Shown here: in pieces, positions 13,631 to 27,029 of the stretch
How the letters are laid out: each line of letters opens with the position of its first letter
Numbering within the stretch: position 1 is the stretch's first letter
Source: Octopus vulgaris
Taxonomy: Eukaryota
Direction: 5' to 3'
Assembly (NCBI GenBank): GCA_951406725.2
Contig: OX597827.1
Coordinates: 47,678,001-47,742,000, forward strand
DNA: 64,000 nucleotides
The notes under the pieces: model-generated
Told to the model about the DNA's origin: nothing
The model's database searches: none
What the model saw: only the letters and a program-made list of their open reading frames with translations
Position numbers and translations under genes: made by a program

Positions 13631-13975
13631 AAATTATTTCTACTTCTTCTACTACCTCTTCTCCTCCCCTACTTCTCCTCCTCTTCCTCCTCCTCATTCT
13701 TCTCCTCCCTTACTCCTCTTCCACCTTCTTCTTCTTTTTCTCCTACTCCATCTTCTTATTCGTCGTTTTCTTCTTCTTCTTCTTCTTCTTCTTCTTCTTC
13801 TACTTCTTCAGCTTCTATTTCTTCAGCTTCTATTTCTTCAGCTTCTATTTCTTTTCCTTCTTTTTCTCCTACTCCATCTTCTTCTTATTCGTCGTTTTCT
13901 TCTTCTTCTTCTTCTTCTTCTTCTTCTTCTTCTTCTTCTTCTTCTTCTTCTTCTTCTTCTTCTTCTTCTTCTTCT
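13533..13975. repeat. (CTA)n/(CTC)n/(CTT)n trinucleotide array
   Basis: Direct inspection. Confidence 0.95.
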
Positions 13976-15539
13976 GTTTCTACAACTACTACCATTCCTT
14001 CTCCTCTTGCTACTGCAGCACGAGTTTTGATTTTACCTTTGTAAGTTTTCATTCTTCAGGTTTTTCTTTTCTTCTTTTTTCATACCCAATTTCTATACAC
14101 AGTCAGTATCCCGTTAACATCTATAACACCTCAACACCATAAGGAGGGGTAAGTGGGCAAAATTTTGAAAATTCTAATTTTTGGCAATTTTCCGGAATCT
14201 CCGTATCCGAAAAGCTGCGTTTTTGGCAAAGATAAATTTTAAAAAACCAATAATTTGCAAGAAATTGGGGAGGGGGAAGTCATTCCGAAAATAGTAGCTG
14301 AAAAACAGGAAAAAAAACCTAAAAGCTCTAGAAATGCACGACCGATTATGGTGGTGCCATGAAGTAAACATGCTTCAGATACACTCGTTTATTCATACGA
14401 ATATGTCATAAATAACAGTGACAAACGAAATATACACCACTGGAAGTTGTTGTTGACAAACAACAGCAGTAATTTTATTCAGCTAAATACACGTCATTGA
14501 TTGGTTGATATTACCGAAATGCGACAACTTTAACACGAAATAAATTCGAAAATAGAAACTTTTCTCAACAACACTAAGAGTAAAAGATGTTCTATATGAC
14601 ATATTCTACCAGTATACGAAGTTTCAAAGTGTTTAGTTAAAGAACATTAATTAATCGAGTTGCCCATCAAAAGGGCTTTACTTCTTTCTTCTCTTACATA
14701 CATGCATCCATGCTCGTACATATGCATACATACATATATATATATACATATTTAACAGCTGGAGTCATTGCTATGGCATCCATGCTCCCGATACTTAATC
14801 CCGTGATGTACACGGTCCGAGTAGCGAAATATGTATGTTTTTTTGTGAATGAATAACATCGTATCTCTTTACTTGCGCCGTCACAGTGTGTTCGCTTGAT
14901 ATAATAGTTGTGTCTAACACACGACGGATTGGTAACTTTCGTTTTAGAACCTACCTCGTTCAGGGCTACCGTCGACCTTCGGACTAAATATCGACGAATT
15001 TGCGATACATGGATTGGTCAAAGGATAAGTGACCTTGCCTCTAAACCACCTGCTCGAAACGTAACGTTTCCCAAATAATTAAACTATCCAATCTGTAGAT
15101 TTCTCTCCGTCACTGTATGATGCTTTAAAAATTGTTTCTACTGTCTTGAGAAGTTCTTTAGCATGCAATCTTTGGCTAACATGAATCGGATGTTATGAGA
15201 CTGTATGGATATTTCTAATCTATTACGTAATATTGAATGACTGTAATTTGTTATGACTCATGAACAATTATTGGGCGAGTAATTACATGTGAGTGTGTTG
15301 CGGATACGTAAATGTATGTCCATGTAGGTGTTTGTGTCTGTATATGTGCGTTAGCTTGTGAGACGCTTGATCGTCTGGACACATATACGTGTGTGTGAAT
15401 ATGTTTTTAATTTAATGTATGCATGTCTCTGACCATCAGGCGGCCCATCGGATTCGTCGAGTGCAGTCGTACTGCCACGAGTTACGTCTTTGTTTCCCAG
15501 TGCTTCTCTCCTCTTCGTCGCTTTTTGCAATGGCTGAAA

Positions 15540-16192
15540 CGAAAGTATAGATTTCTTTCGTGAAATTCTGTTTTCTCCTGGGGGAAAACATCGCTGAAAC
15601 AGTCATCATGCTTCAAACTGTTTACAAGAACGCTGCCATGAGCAAAACACAAGTTTACGAATGGTTTTCGCACTTTAGAAATGGTTACTTATCGTTTCAT
15701 AACCAACCTCGTTCAGGGCTAAAGTCGACCTCCGGACTAAATGAAATATGAACAGACCTTAGAGGACAGTCAACAAGCAATTGACGAACTTTTAACATGA
15801 CTGGTGTGACCTGGAGCTCCTGCCAACGAATTTTGAGCGAGGAATTTTTTATTGAAAATAGTTGCAGCAAAATTTGTGTCTCACTGCTCACGGAAGATCA
15901 AAAGCAGTCACGAATGTTTGAGTAGCGTGAACTGAAAGAACAGCTGGAAATTGATCCGGACCCTTTTATCAACATTTTTCGTTGCCATGAATGAAAAATG
16001 TCCTTAAAGAAAAACTTTTGGCAGATGTGGGAGAGGGGAAGGAAAAACAACGGAGGCGTTAAAAGGTATCACGTCGCAAAAGTTCCAAGACTGCTTCGAA
16101 CATTGGAAAACGTGTATTGCTTCAGATGGAGAATACTTCGTAGGTGATAAGAGTAAAAACGTAAAACTAAGTGAATAAAATATTGCCTCATA
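15540..16192 (+). pseudogene. Internally deleted mariner transposase relic
   Basis: VKFCFLLGENIAETVIMLQTVYKNAAMSKTQVYEWFSHFRNG...PRSG (mariner HTH N-terminus); C-terminal FQDCFEHWK..CIASDGEYFVGDK. Confidence 0.85.
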
Positions 16193-16209
16193 TGTATGTA
16201 TATATTATT

Positions 16210-16684
16210 GTCAGGTCACTTTCGAGTGCTACTGGTAACATGTAACCCACTACCTGTTGCATGGTCGGGTCGTCGGTGACTAAACCGGCAACCCCACCAA
16301 GCTTGCTTGGTGAGGAGGCTGTTTATTGGACACCCTGCGGGATGAAAAACAAAATTCCTCAAAGGGCGGAGGAACTCTTGAGAGTGACTAGCCAATCAAT
16401 AAATTACTTAAGGCTGTATCATGCGCGGGGACATAGAAATAATCGGACTGAATACCCGATCGCGCGGTGAAGGACTCCTAGCCTTTGTTAGGGCATCCTT
16501 CTAGGAGAAGGTACCTCAGGTAACTGGGATAACTCCGACATAAAACCTGCGGTTCAGTGGTTACCGATGATTATGGCTGCTGTTGCTTAGTGAGTGAGAT
16601 TGACTCAGTGCACAGCCTTTCCTCACTTACAACATTGATTAAGCTTCCTGCAATGGCCATATTCAATAACGAGGGGCAGCCACC
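16210..16684 (+). mobile_element. RTE-clade 5'-UTR-like element or RTE-derived non-autonomous element
   Basis: GC-richer block between (TA) tracts containing gggcatccttctaggagaagg...aaaacctgcgg, resembling RTE 5' UTR motifs. Confidence 0.4.
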
Positions 16685-16714
16685 ATATATATATATATGC
16701 ATGTATGTGTGTAT

Positions 16715-16917
16715 ACTCTTTAGTCTTTTAATTATTTCAGTCATTTGACTGTGGCCATGATGGAGCACCGCAAATCGACCCCAGGACCTATTCTTTATAA
16801 GCTTAGAACTTATTCTATCGGTTCTTTTGCCGAACTGCTAAGTTACGGGGGCGTAAACTCACCAGCATCGGTTGTCAAGCGATGTTGGGGGGGGGGCAAA
16901 CGCAGACACACAAACAT

Positions 16918-16960
<43 letters not shown>

Positions 16961-17113
16961 CGACGGGCTCCGTGTACCAAATCCACTGAGAAGGCTTTGG
17001 TCGGCCGGAGGCTACAGTAGAAGACAGTTGCCCAAGGTACCGCGCAGTGGGACTGAACCCGGAACAATGTGGTACGTAAGCAAGCTACTTACCACACATC
17101 CTCTCGTACGCCT
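16715..17113 (-). mobile_element. SINE family 1
   Basis: Reverse-complement homology to 10772-11217. Confidence 0.9.
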
Positions 17114-18129
17114 ATGCATGTATGTATAAGTGTATGTAAGCGCATATATTTGTATATTTGGGGTTGAAAACTTGACACGTTAAAAGGATAATGCACATCA
17201 CAATTTACATATACTTCAAGACTTAGCAACGGAGATTCCTTGTTTATTCAGAGTTCTGTAGATTTTAGATTTTATAAATTTACTTTTCATTCATTCCCAA
17301 CGCTGCGTCTTCAACCTCTGTGGATCAAAATAAAACATATCAAGAATGCAATTGAAGTGACTACACTGTGAACTGACAGCATTGTAGTAGCATATAATTT
17401 TATTATTTCGCTGACAGCGGCATATATGTTCATGACTGTGTCCGATTCTGTCAATATGTCTGATTATACGTCTGTAATCTTCGTCATGGGAATCAGCTTT
17501 CACGAAATGCTTTCAGTAGTTCTCGCCCTCTTTGGAAAAGGCTACAATACGTCGTCCCACCTGAAAACAAATACCTCTCACGTTCTCAGTTACAAGAACA
17601 CCTACCAATATTCGTTATTTAACAAATCATGGCGGCGTGCAGGAAATAGGTTTTAGTTTCAGAGCTCAATAAAACAACTTGGAGAAGAGGTAAAACTATG
17701 CAGAATTAAACAATTACTTGTAGAATACTTACAACTGATTTCTTTGTACGTATATTATTTTGAAACTTAGCCTATAAAGGTCACTTGGCAAAAACAATGA
17801 ATTTCAAAATTTCCCGTTCATCTTCAACATGGTTATTACTAAATATACAAACATTGTTATTCAGAAAATGATATACGTTTGGTACAAGTGTATGTAACTA
17901 TAATCCGTTAGCGTAGTAGATATATCTCATATCGGAGAGATATCAATAGGCATGATGAAGCATTTCTCCTTTCGTATGTGTGCATTTGTGTATATGCATG
18001 TGTTTTGGGGCGCGTATTAACGTATGGATGCATATATGTCTATAGTTGCCTCTTTCCATGCGCAAAAATGTTACAAAGTAAGACTGTGTATGTACACACA
18101 AACATTTGTATCGATATGTATCTTTTTAA

Positions 18130-18278
18130 GGCGGCGAGCGGTCAGAATTGTTAGCACGGTGCTCAGAACGCTTATCCACTTTTCGTCCGGCCTTACATAC
18201 TGAATTCAAATTCCCTTGGGGTCCATAAAATAAATACTCTCAGAAATTGCTTGCCTTGTGTTAAAATTTGAAACCAAT
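18130..18278 (+). mobile_element. SINE family 2, diverged and internally deleted
   Basis: ggcggcgagcggtcagaattgttagcacg...tgaattcaaattcc. Confidence 0.65.
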
Positions 18279-18282
18279 ACAG

Positions 18283-18352
<70 letters not shown>

Positions 18353-18361
18353 ATATATATA

Positions 18362-18426
<65 letters not shown>

Positions 18427-18495
18427 GTTTGTCTGTCTATCTATCTATCTGTCTATCTGTCTATCTATCTATCATTTATCTAATCTATCTATTTA
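18283..18495. repeat. (TCTA)n tetranucleotide array
   Basis: Direct inspection. Confidence 0.95.
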
Positions 18496-18767
18496 TGAAC
18501 GCCTGACGCCACGTGTGGGACGAGTCCGCCTTTCAGCAGAGTCAATCGTGAAATTGCTCCGCCACCTTCCCTTGGTGAAAGAATGTGTGTGGTGGACACG
18601 ATTGAAAGATTTAGAGAAAAACACTTCTTTGGCCAATCGCTCATCAACCTTTTCAAGTACCACTTGAAAAGGAAGGTGAGAACAGAGAGGCAAGTTTTAT
18701 CGCATGAAGCTTCAGTAAAAGGTGGGTGAATGTAGCAAAGATGGTGCGTGCGAATGAGGAAACAATT

Positions 18768-18912
18768 TGAGTTCAAATTCCGCCGAGGTCGAATTTACCT
18801 TTCATCCTTTCGGGGTAGAAAAATTAAGTTCCAGTTGCGTACTGGCGTCGATCTAGTCGACTGACCACCTTCCCCAAAATTACGGGCCTTGTGCCTAGAC
18901 GAGGAAAGAATA
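18768..18912 (+). mobile_element. SINE family 2, 3' part
   Basis: tgagttcaaattccgccgaggtcg...tttcatcctttcgggg. Confidence 0.75.
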
Positions 18913-19346
18913 TATATCTGGTATTCACGGGATCGGCCATATTATCTGATGTTCTAATACGTCGCTGGTTATCGTTTTAGCCTTGAAATAATGTCATCCC
19001 GCTGGGTGGGTGGAGAAGCTAGTATTACCCCTGAACGTTAGGATACTCCGTTATAGATTTACCCATTTCTAACTGAGAGATCTTGCGCAGGGTGAAATAA
19101 ATGATTTAGCTTAAGAACACAACGCATAGGCGGTTTGGGAATTGAAGCCATCAGCATTTATCACTCGTGAATACGGTACCGAAATATTAAATCATCCACT
19201 TATCTCATTGATATTTTGCAAACATGCACATCTAAATGCATATATGTGTGTGTGTGTGTGCATGTGTATGTATGTGTACGTGTGTGGATATACACGTGAA
19301 TATATATACTATATGTATATTTGTGTACGTATATATATATGCATAC

Positions 19347-19430
<84 letters not shown>

Positions 19431-19434
<4 letters not shown>

Positions 19435-19630
19435 ATCCAAACATGAAAACACAACAACGCGAGGACGGGGAACAAATATAGTATTATTGGACGCTCAGGA
19501 ATGAAGGGAATAAGTAGGATTTTACGTTTCGAGCGGAGCTCTTCGTCAGAAACATAGGAAAAGGAAAGATCCAGAGAAGGGAAGACGGAGGAATAAAAAT
19601 CGTCAACGGTACACACGCGGTCACATGGAC
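19431..19630 (-). mobile_element. Penelope-like 3' end abutting (CA)n(TA)n
   Basis: Contains a minimal HHR and ends in a microsatellite; related degenerate piece near 10590-10660. Confidence 0.6.
19515..19556 (-). ncRNA. Minimal type I hammerhead ribozyme motif
   Basis: Minus strand reads ttt-CTGACGA-a-GAGC tcc GCTC-GAAA-CG-TA-aaa; ACGU palindromic stem III; GUA triplet; only a 3-bp stem I. Confidence 0.7.
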
Positions 19631-20405
19631 ATCAACTCGATACAAGTAAATTGGTTGGACTGCATATCTTGTCCTAGTGGTATATTAAGTATTTAACCAA
19701 TGGACATTTCAGTTACTTAATACGTATAAATTCAGTCGTCAATAAACTGAAGTAACGGAGTAACAAAAAAAAAAGAACTGATTCTAAGTAAACCATTCAA
19801 ATTATTAATCAAATGGGCGAATGCATAATTTAATGCATAAAATCAGATAAATCGCAGAAGTTGGATCAGAAATGCGGTGACAAAAAGCAATATATCTGGC
19901 GTTGATCGCATTATTATTTTCTTATTTGTCTGCTAAGTATATGGAGACAATTGCTGACATCTTTTCGCTCCGATGCGCTTCGTTAGTGAAAGGGCAGATC
20001 TATAGTACACATATGCATTTTGCGATTCCCAGACTAACATGTTTGTGATGTAAATTGAGATCAGCTCATAATCCGCTGATTCTCAATGAAGCAGAAACAT
20101 ATGAATGATCTCTCCTTTTCAGGTGAAGAGCGATAACAAAAATTAATATATCTCAGTTCAGTCACCGGCCAAAACTAATTTGCTCATATTTGAAAAAAAA
20201 AAAAAAAAAATTCATACAAGTATCTTATCTTCTTTTAGCTCACGAACGTTCCATGCATTAAATATGCTTCAGCTTTTATTTCTTTCTTTCATTTAATTGA
20301 CCTTTTTCTTTTCCTTTTTGGAAAATCGTTCCTATTACTACATTTTGGATTTCTGTCATGAAATTTTCCAGTAGACAAGATGTCTCTATTTTCCATCTAT
20401 TTAAA

Positions 20406-20470
<65 letters not shown>

Positions 20471-20873
20471 GCACACACGAACACCAATCACTCAGAAAGG
20501 TGATTTGTTGCTTGCACTTCCACAGTAAACCACGGGAAAATGTAAGGTGGATAATATAAAAAAAAGCAATATGATAAAATAAAGTAAATACAAACAAAAT
20601 CTTTCTGATATAGTAAGTAAATGGAGAAATATTTACTGGTTTACAAATATAATCCTAGTCATTTTCGATTTTATGTATAACAACGGCGGACGTGTTTAGT
20701 TTTTATTAGAGTTCCCCAGCTGAGTATTTCTAAATAGATTTTTAATGCCCTCTTCATTTCATTATTTCATACTATAATGCTAATATATGTATTCTATTTC
20801 ATATAGATTATGTATTTAAGAAATTAACCTGAAGGTTAATTCATATATATATATAATATGTGTGTACATCTAT

Positions 20874-20973
<100 letters not shown>

Positions 20974-21594
20974 ATATATATATATATATATATATTCTGG
21001 AGTTTCAGCACACAGCTGCGAACATGCTAACGCAGACAGAGAGAGAGCGAGAGAGAAATTGATAACTCGATATATACAGATATATATACCATATATGTGT
21101 ACACACATATATATATGTATACATGTACACTACATATTTATGCGTGTGTGTACTTACATAGTCCATGATAAAGGAATCAAACCAAATTGTAATATTTTGA
21201 AAGCATTTAATACGCACTTTTCAGACCACTGCGTAATACACGATAGTAAATGCATCGTTTGCGCAAGGTTTTCCTCAGTTAATACACTTCAGCACACCTA
21301 ACTGCTGAGCAGATACTTAGAAGCAAGGACGTACTAAAAATTCCCCAAAAATAAACAATACAATAAGATATAAATATATACAACCACAAGCATATAGCTG
21401 TATATTCAATCTTCCATTAATATACATACAATACATATCATACAGAGAGAAACATACTCAAACATATGTACGTATAGATAAGTGTAAATGCATACTCTAG
21501 GTATGTAGAGAAACACATTTATACATACACGCATTAAAAAGTTATCCACATACAAATGAATATACACATACACACGGGCATATATATATATATA

Positions 21595-21692
<98 letters not shown>

Positions 21693-21853
21693 GTGAAAAG
21701 GAACACACGAGTTGATATATATGAAAAAACAAGTCAAGATAGAAAATGCTAAAATAATTTTATAAAGAACATTTCAGTACCGGTTTCGCTCATTTTGAGA
21801 CCTTTCCAACTGTAACGATTAAATAATTAAATTTAGAAAAATTATAAGAAAAA

Positions 21854-21985
21854 TTTTTCTACCAATTCAGGGACGATACAACCTCGAGACAACGAATAAG
21901 TAAAGAAACTCTCTTTATTACAAAATACAGGCCACTTCTTAACGGGTCTACGACAAACGATTTATACACCTCAGCTTTAGAATAA
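21854..21985 (+). pseudogene. C-terminal fragment of PLE GIY-YIG endonuclease
   Basis: FFYQFRDDTTSRQRISKETLFITKYRPLLNGSTTNDLYTSALE*, matching the R..KE..FI.K..P.LN terminal motif. Confidence 0.7.
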
Positions 21986-22177
21986 CACAAATACAGACGC
22001 AAATATTACATTCCAAAGAATCCACGACAAATCAGCACCAATCACAGCTATAATCCATAATGTGCCAACTTCAAGTCATACAACACCTCACTACTTCCAC
22101 TCATTCATATTCTCCCTTCTCTTTCTTCTTCTTCCTCTTCTTCTTCATCATCATCATTATTATCATCATCATCGTCG

Positions 22178-22208
<31 letters not shown>

Positions 22209-22276
22209 CGTCGTCTTCTTCTTCTCCTTCTCCTTCTTCTTCTTCTTCTTCTTCTTCTTCATCATCATCATCATCG

Positions 22277-22314
<38 letters not shown>

Positions 22315-22320
22315 TTCTTC

Positions 22321-22787
22321 TTCTTCTGCTCCACCTTCTACTTCTTAACTTTATCGCTAATGCTTTTTAGTATAACACCTACACAAATTCCATAAACAAA
22401 CCTTTCAATAGAAATATTCTCCTGAATTGAACTGCAACAGCTAGCCGCCACTGACCATTCAAAATACGACAATCAAGGCTCATCACCATCATCATCATCA
22501 TCATTTTCTCCTTCTCCTTCTCCTTCTTCTTCTTCTTCATCATCATCAACATCATCATCTTCTTCTTCTTCTTCTTCTTCTTCTTCTTCTTCTTCTTCTT
22601 CTTCTTCTTCTTCTTCTTCTTCTTCTTCTTCTTCTGCTCCACCTTCTACTTCTTAACTTCATCACTAATGCTTTTTAGTATAACACCTACGCAAATTCCA
22701 TAAACAAACCTTTCAATAGAAATATTCTCCTGAATTGAACTGCAACAGCTAACCGCCACTGACCATTCAAAATACAACAATCAAGGC
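22321..22787. repeat. ~160-bp direct duplication separated by (CAT)/(CTT) repeats
   Basis: ctgctccaccttctacttcttaac...acaatcaaggc at 22321-22479 and 22630-22787. Confidence 0.9.
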
Positions 22788-23080
22788 ACTCCCGAATTTT
22801 TCCACCCCTTCTCCTCATCATCCTTCTTCTTCTACACTACCAAGAGTTCACAACGACCTCGAACATCAAGTGCAAACAAGAGAGACAGAGAAAGGCAGAA
22901 ACAAGGAAAATGCCACTTAGATTTGAACACTATACAAATAATCCTTTAAAAAAACTTTTCTTTTAATTTTTCTAAATTTAATTATTTAATCGTTACAGTT
23001 GAAAAAGTCTCAAAATGGCCGAAACCGGTACTGAAATGTTCTTTATAAAATTATTTTAGCATTTTCTATCTTGACTTGTT

Positions 23081-23121
<41 letters not shown>

Positions 23122-23128
23122 CATACAT

Positions 23129-23390
23129 ACAAAATTTAGAGGAATGACCACTAATAGTGGACAGCCTGTATGCTAGAAATAGACGTCAAATTCGCTATTG
23201 ACTGCTAGAAATAGACGTCAAATTCGCTATTGACGTCTATTTCTAGCAAACAAGATGTCCACTATTAGTGGTCCTTCCTCTAAATTTTGAATGTATAAAA
23301 TTTTTAATCTTCGGATTTTTTAAAAATATGCTAGGCCACTGGTTTTAATTGATTAATATCAATTTCTACCCTTATTTAATTTTAAATATA
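23129..23390. mobile_element. Foldback (TA)n-embedded element with asymmetric inverted repeat
   Basis: caaaatttagaggaa.gaccactaatagtggaca / tgtccactattagtggtc.ttcctctaaattttg hairpin, 31-bp tandem duplication in the centre, ~100-nt unpaired tail homologous to 42465-42560. Confidence 0.75.
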
Positions 23391-23418
23391 TCTATATATA
23401 TCTATATACCTATCTATC

Positions 23419-23502
<84 letters not shown>

Positions 23503-24189
23503 TGTGTGTATACTCACGTATATGAATTACTGCATATATTCACTTCCATAGTGATATCAGAATGCAAAATCGTATAAAGGTGGCGATGACTGGTGTGAGC
23601 TATGTGTATCTGAGAGGCTTCCATATTAAGAAAATTAATAAACTTTTATATCAAGTATTATTATAAATATAAATCTTTCCAACATTCTACATATACCTAG
23701 CATGACACTTAATCATTATATCTGCAATAATTGACTTCATAACCTTGATCAATGCTTTGAATAAATTGCACACCTTAATAACCATAATTCTATACCACCT
23801 TATTAACAGATGATCTATTACAATATATTCATACATTATGCCACCTGTAGGAATAATTCTGACCCATGAATGCCAGTACCTATATCTAAATCGTTCAGGT
23901 GTGTTAGCTAATGCCCCATATCGGTAAACCGTAATTTAGATTTACCTCAATTGATAATGTATTAAACCGTATCCTGATAGTCTACAACATAGATCAATAG
24001 AATAGAGTGATTTCCTACCAAGTTAATTATAGTTTATTTCTCCATCAGTGATAAATAATGTATCGGACCATATTCAGACATTCTGCTATATGGAAAATAC
24101 TTATTTTTCCATTGGTACAACCATCTTAAATTCAAATAGTTCCTATATGTCAACTAAATCTAACTTACACATGAATACTGAGTATAAGC

Positions 24190-24258
<69 letters not shown>

Positions 24259-24304
24259 TAATAATAATAATAATGTTAATAATAATAATAATAATAATAA
24301 TAAT

Positions 24305-24347
<43 letters not shown>

Positions 24348-24405
24348 TTAATAATAATAATAATAATAATGATAATAATAATACTAATAATAATAATAAT
24401 GATAA
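24190..24405. repeat. (TAA)n array
   Basis: Direct inspection. Confidence 0.95.
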
Positions 24406-25147
24406 CGAAATTATTGTATACAATGCTCAGGTGTACCACAACTTGTCAAAATAAAGTTTAAACTTTAATAAAGCCTACTTTAATAAAGTTTAAATTTTAT
24501 CAATACAAATATATAATTCTTTGCTTCCGTTATAAATAGTTTAAAAACTGATAATGTATTACACTTCTTAGACGTTCGGCAACTTATAAAATACTTCTCA
24601 CATGATAAGGTTTATCGCCCCAGTTTATCATAACTGAGATGATATTATTTTCCTATCGTTCAACATACTACCTTAAACTGACAGCATAACGTATAGCTCA
24701 GTAATTCTACTCATTCAAAATTCATTGTACACCTGTTTTCATGTACCTGAGACATTATTTACTTCTTAATATATATGAATCATTACTTCTGCTCCTAATG
24801 TCATGTTTGGCGGTTTCAAATACATACGCCTGTGAGTATACAAATTACATGTATGTGTCAGGCTGTGCGGGGTGTTTACGTATGTATATGCATAAAAATG
24901 CAGATAGAAAGAAAGAAGAAAGATATCTTCAAGAGCGTATGTAACGGAGTTGGAAATCAATATTAAAGTTAGTATCGAATTTATTATAAAATGTATTTTG
25001 AATTCGATTTTATGTGTTGCCTGACTGCGTTTTCGAATAGTGATTTGGAATTTAATGTTCCAGTGAGAACCTTGTTCAAAAAATGTCTATGTATGCATAT
25101 GTAAATAAGTACACACACACAGGCACACACACACACACACACATACG

Positions 25148-25186
<39 letters not shown>

Positions 25187-25235
25187 CATACATGCATATG
25201 TACGTGCATACATACACACGGTCACACACACATAC

Positions 25236-25309
<74 letters not shown>

Positions 25310-25454
25310 TAAAGCGAGTGTCTTTAACTGTGTATATGAGACGAGATGAGTGTATTTGTGTATGTGGTAGTGTATTTGTCCAAGTTCATTTAACTGAAAA
25401 TTAGATGTTGCTCTCAGAAATGTCACAGTAACCGATGTGTCAATAAAAGATTTA

Positions 25455-25765
<311 letters not shown>

Positions 25766-27029
25766 AATATCAATTTATTTATATATGTATACAGCAGTAA
25801 TTGCATACCTTCAATTCTCGGACGAAGAAATGTATTCTACAATTGATACATTAATTACCTGATAATTAAATAGAGTTTGAAGAGGTCTTCCACTCTGAAC
25901 TTGTCAGAAACACGCTAGTTGAATAGTAATTTACGAGCATTGTCTGGCGCCTTACTGATTTAAGCGATACATACGTTAGTAAGACGCCAGGAAGTGTTCC
26001 AAAATTAAATGCTATATTTACGAGTCAACGAAAAAGCCGCTACTTGCTGTCTCATTCTGATAGAAAATACGGGCAAATCTTTCTCAAATCACACCCGTTT
26101 TGTCACCAATTCAAGAATAATTTGTATAAACATATCAGACACATTATGTCAATAAGAAAGGTGGATTCATTGTTTGAATGCACCCCAAAACTGTTCTACC
26201 TAATAGATGTTCGACCTTGCGCTGTAATAGAACAACAGCGTTAACCATATATTTTATATAAAATTCTAATAGCGGAGTATAATTTTATACTTGTTAAAGT
26301 ATTTAACAACTTCCTAAGTGATATTAAAGACTCTGTGAAAAACAAAAAAATTATGAAAAATTACGGACCTGAACTTTAAAAAATGACTGAAACCAACTTG
26401 ACTTGACATGGCTGTTAAGAACGTTTATATGAATTGCCCGCGTTCTACACGATGAGACCGATGTTTTTATCTTGTGACAGAACATTGAGGACATTTAAAA
26501 TCTGATTAACACGAGTGTGTTATATTGTTCATTCGTCAACGAAAAGTTAGAGAGTTTTCTAAGAGAGCTAAGGCCACACATTTTGGTGAGAAAAATCATT
26601 CCATTAAACAGATGATGTCTCGTGTACTTATATCAGTCTCAGAACATAGATAAAAATAGCTAAAAGTCATTCTACCCGCTATTCTGTTGTTAGTTATTTT
26701 GTACACCTCTAACAACTTCGTGCTCTAGGTACAATGCCTGAAATTTTGTTCGAGTTATGCTGGTCCATTAAATCAGTCCCAGTTGTCAACTGGTACTTAT
26801 TTTATCGGTTGCAAAATGATGACAGCTTAAGACATATACAACAAAATCTGAGAGCTCTGAGCTTCAAAACAAAATTCTGCAATCCGCTAGCTGGCCGAAT
26901 TAGAACAATATAAGTCAAGTTTTATATCGCCTAGAAATGGAGAGATAGAGTAAAAGAGAAATACAGAGAAAGTTAACATAACGTGTGTAGGTATATTTTC
27001 ATAGTCACCTCGTCATGTGAAGAGTAGTA

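Larger units (their letters stand above)
21690..23087 (+). mobile_element. 5'-truncated Penelope-like retroelement with inverted 3' pseudo-LTR
   Basis: ~135-bp inverted repeat 21720-21858 / 22951-23090; ~30-nt extra tail on the left arm; GIY-YIG C-terminal remnant; (TA)n on both sides. Confidence 0.8.

Noticed and set aside
14140-14680. Complex block resembling a DNA transposon
   Set aside because: Could not define TIRs, a TSD or coding motifs
20105-20200. Pyrimidine tract plus CAG as a possible exon start
   Set aside because: No convincing reading frame or donor site; cannot be supported without RNA data
23570-24170. Possible decayed LINE coding sequence on the minus strand
   Set aside because: Motif similarity too weak to call
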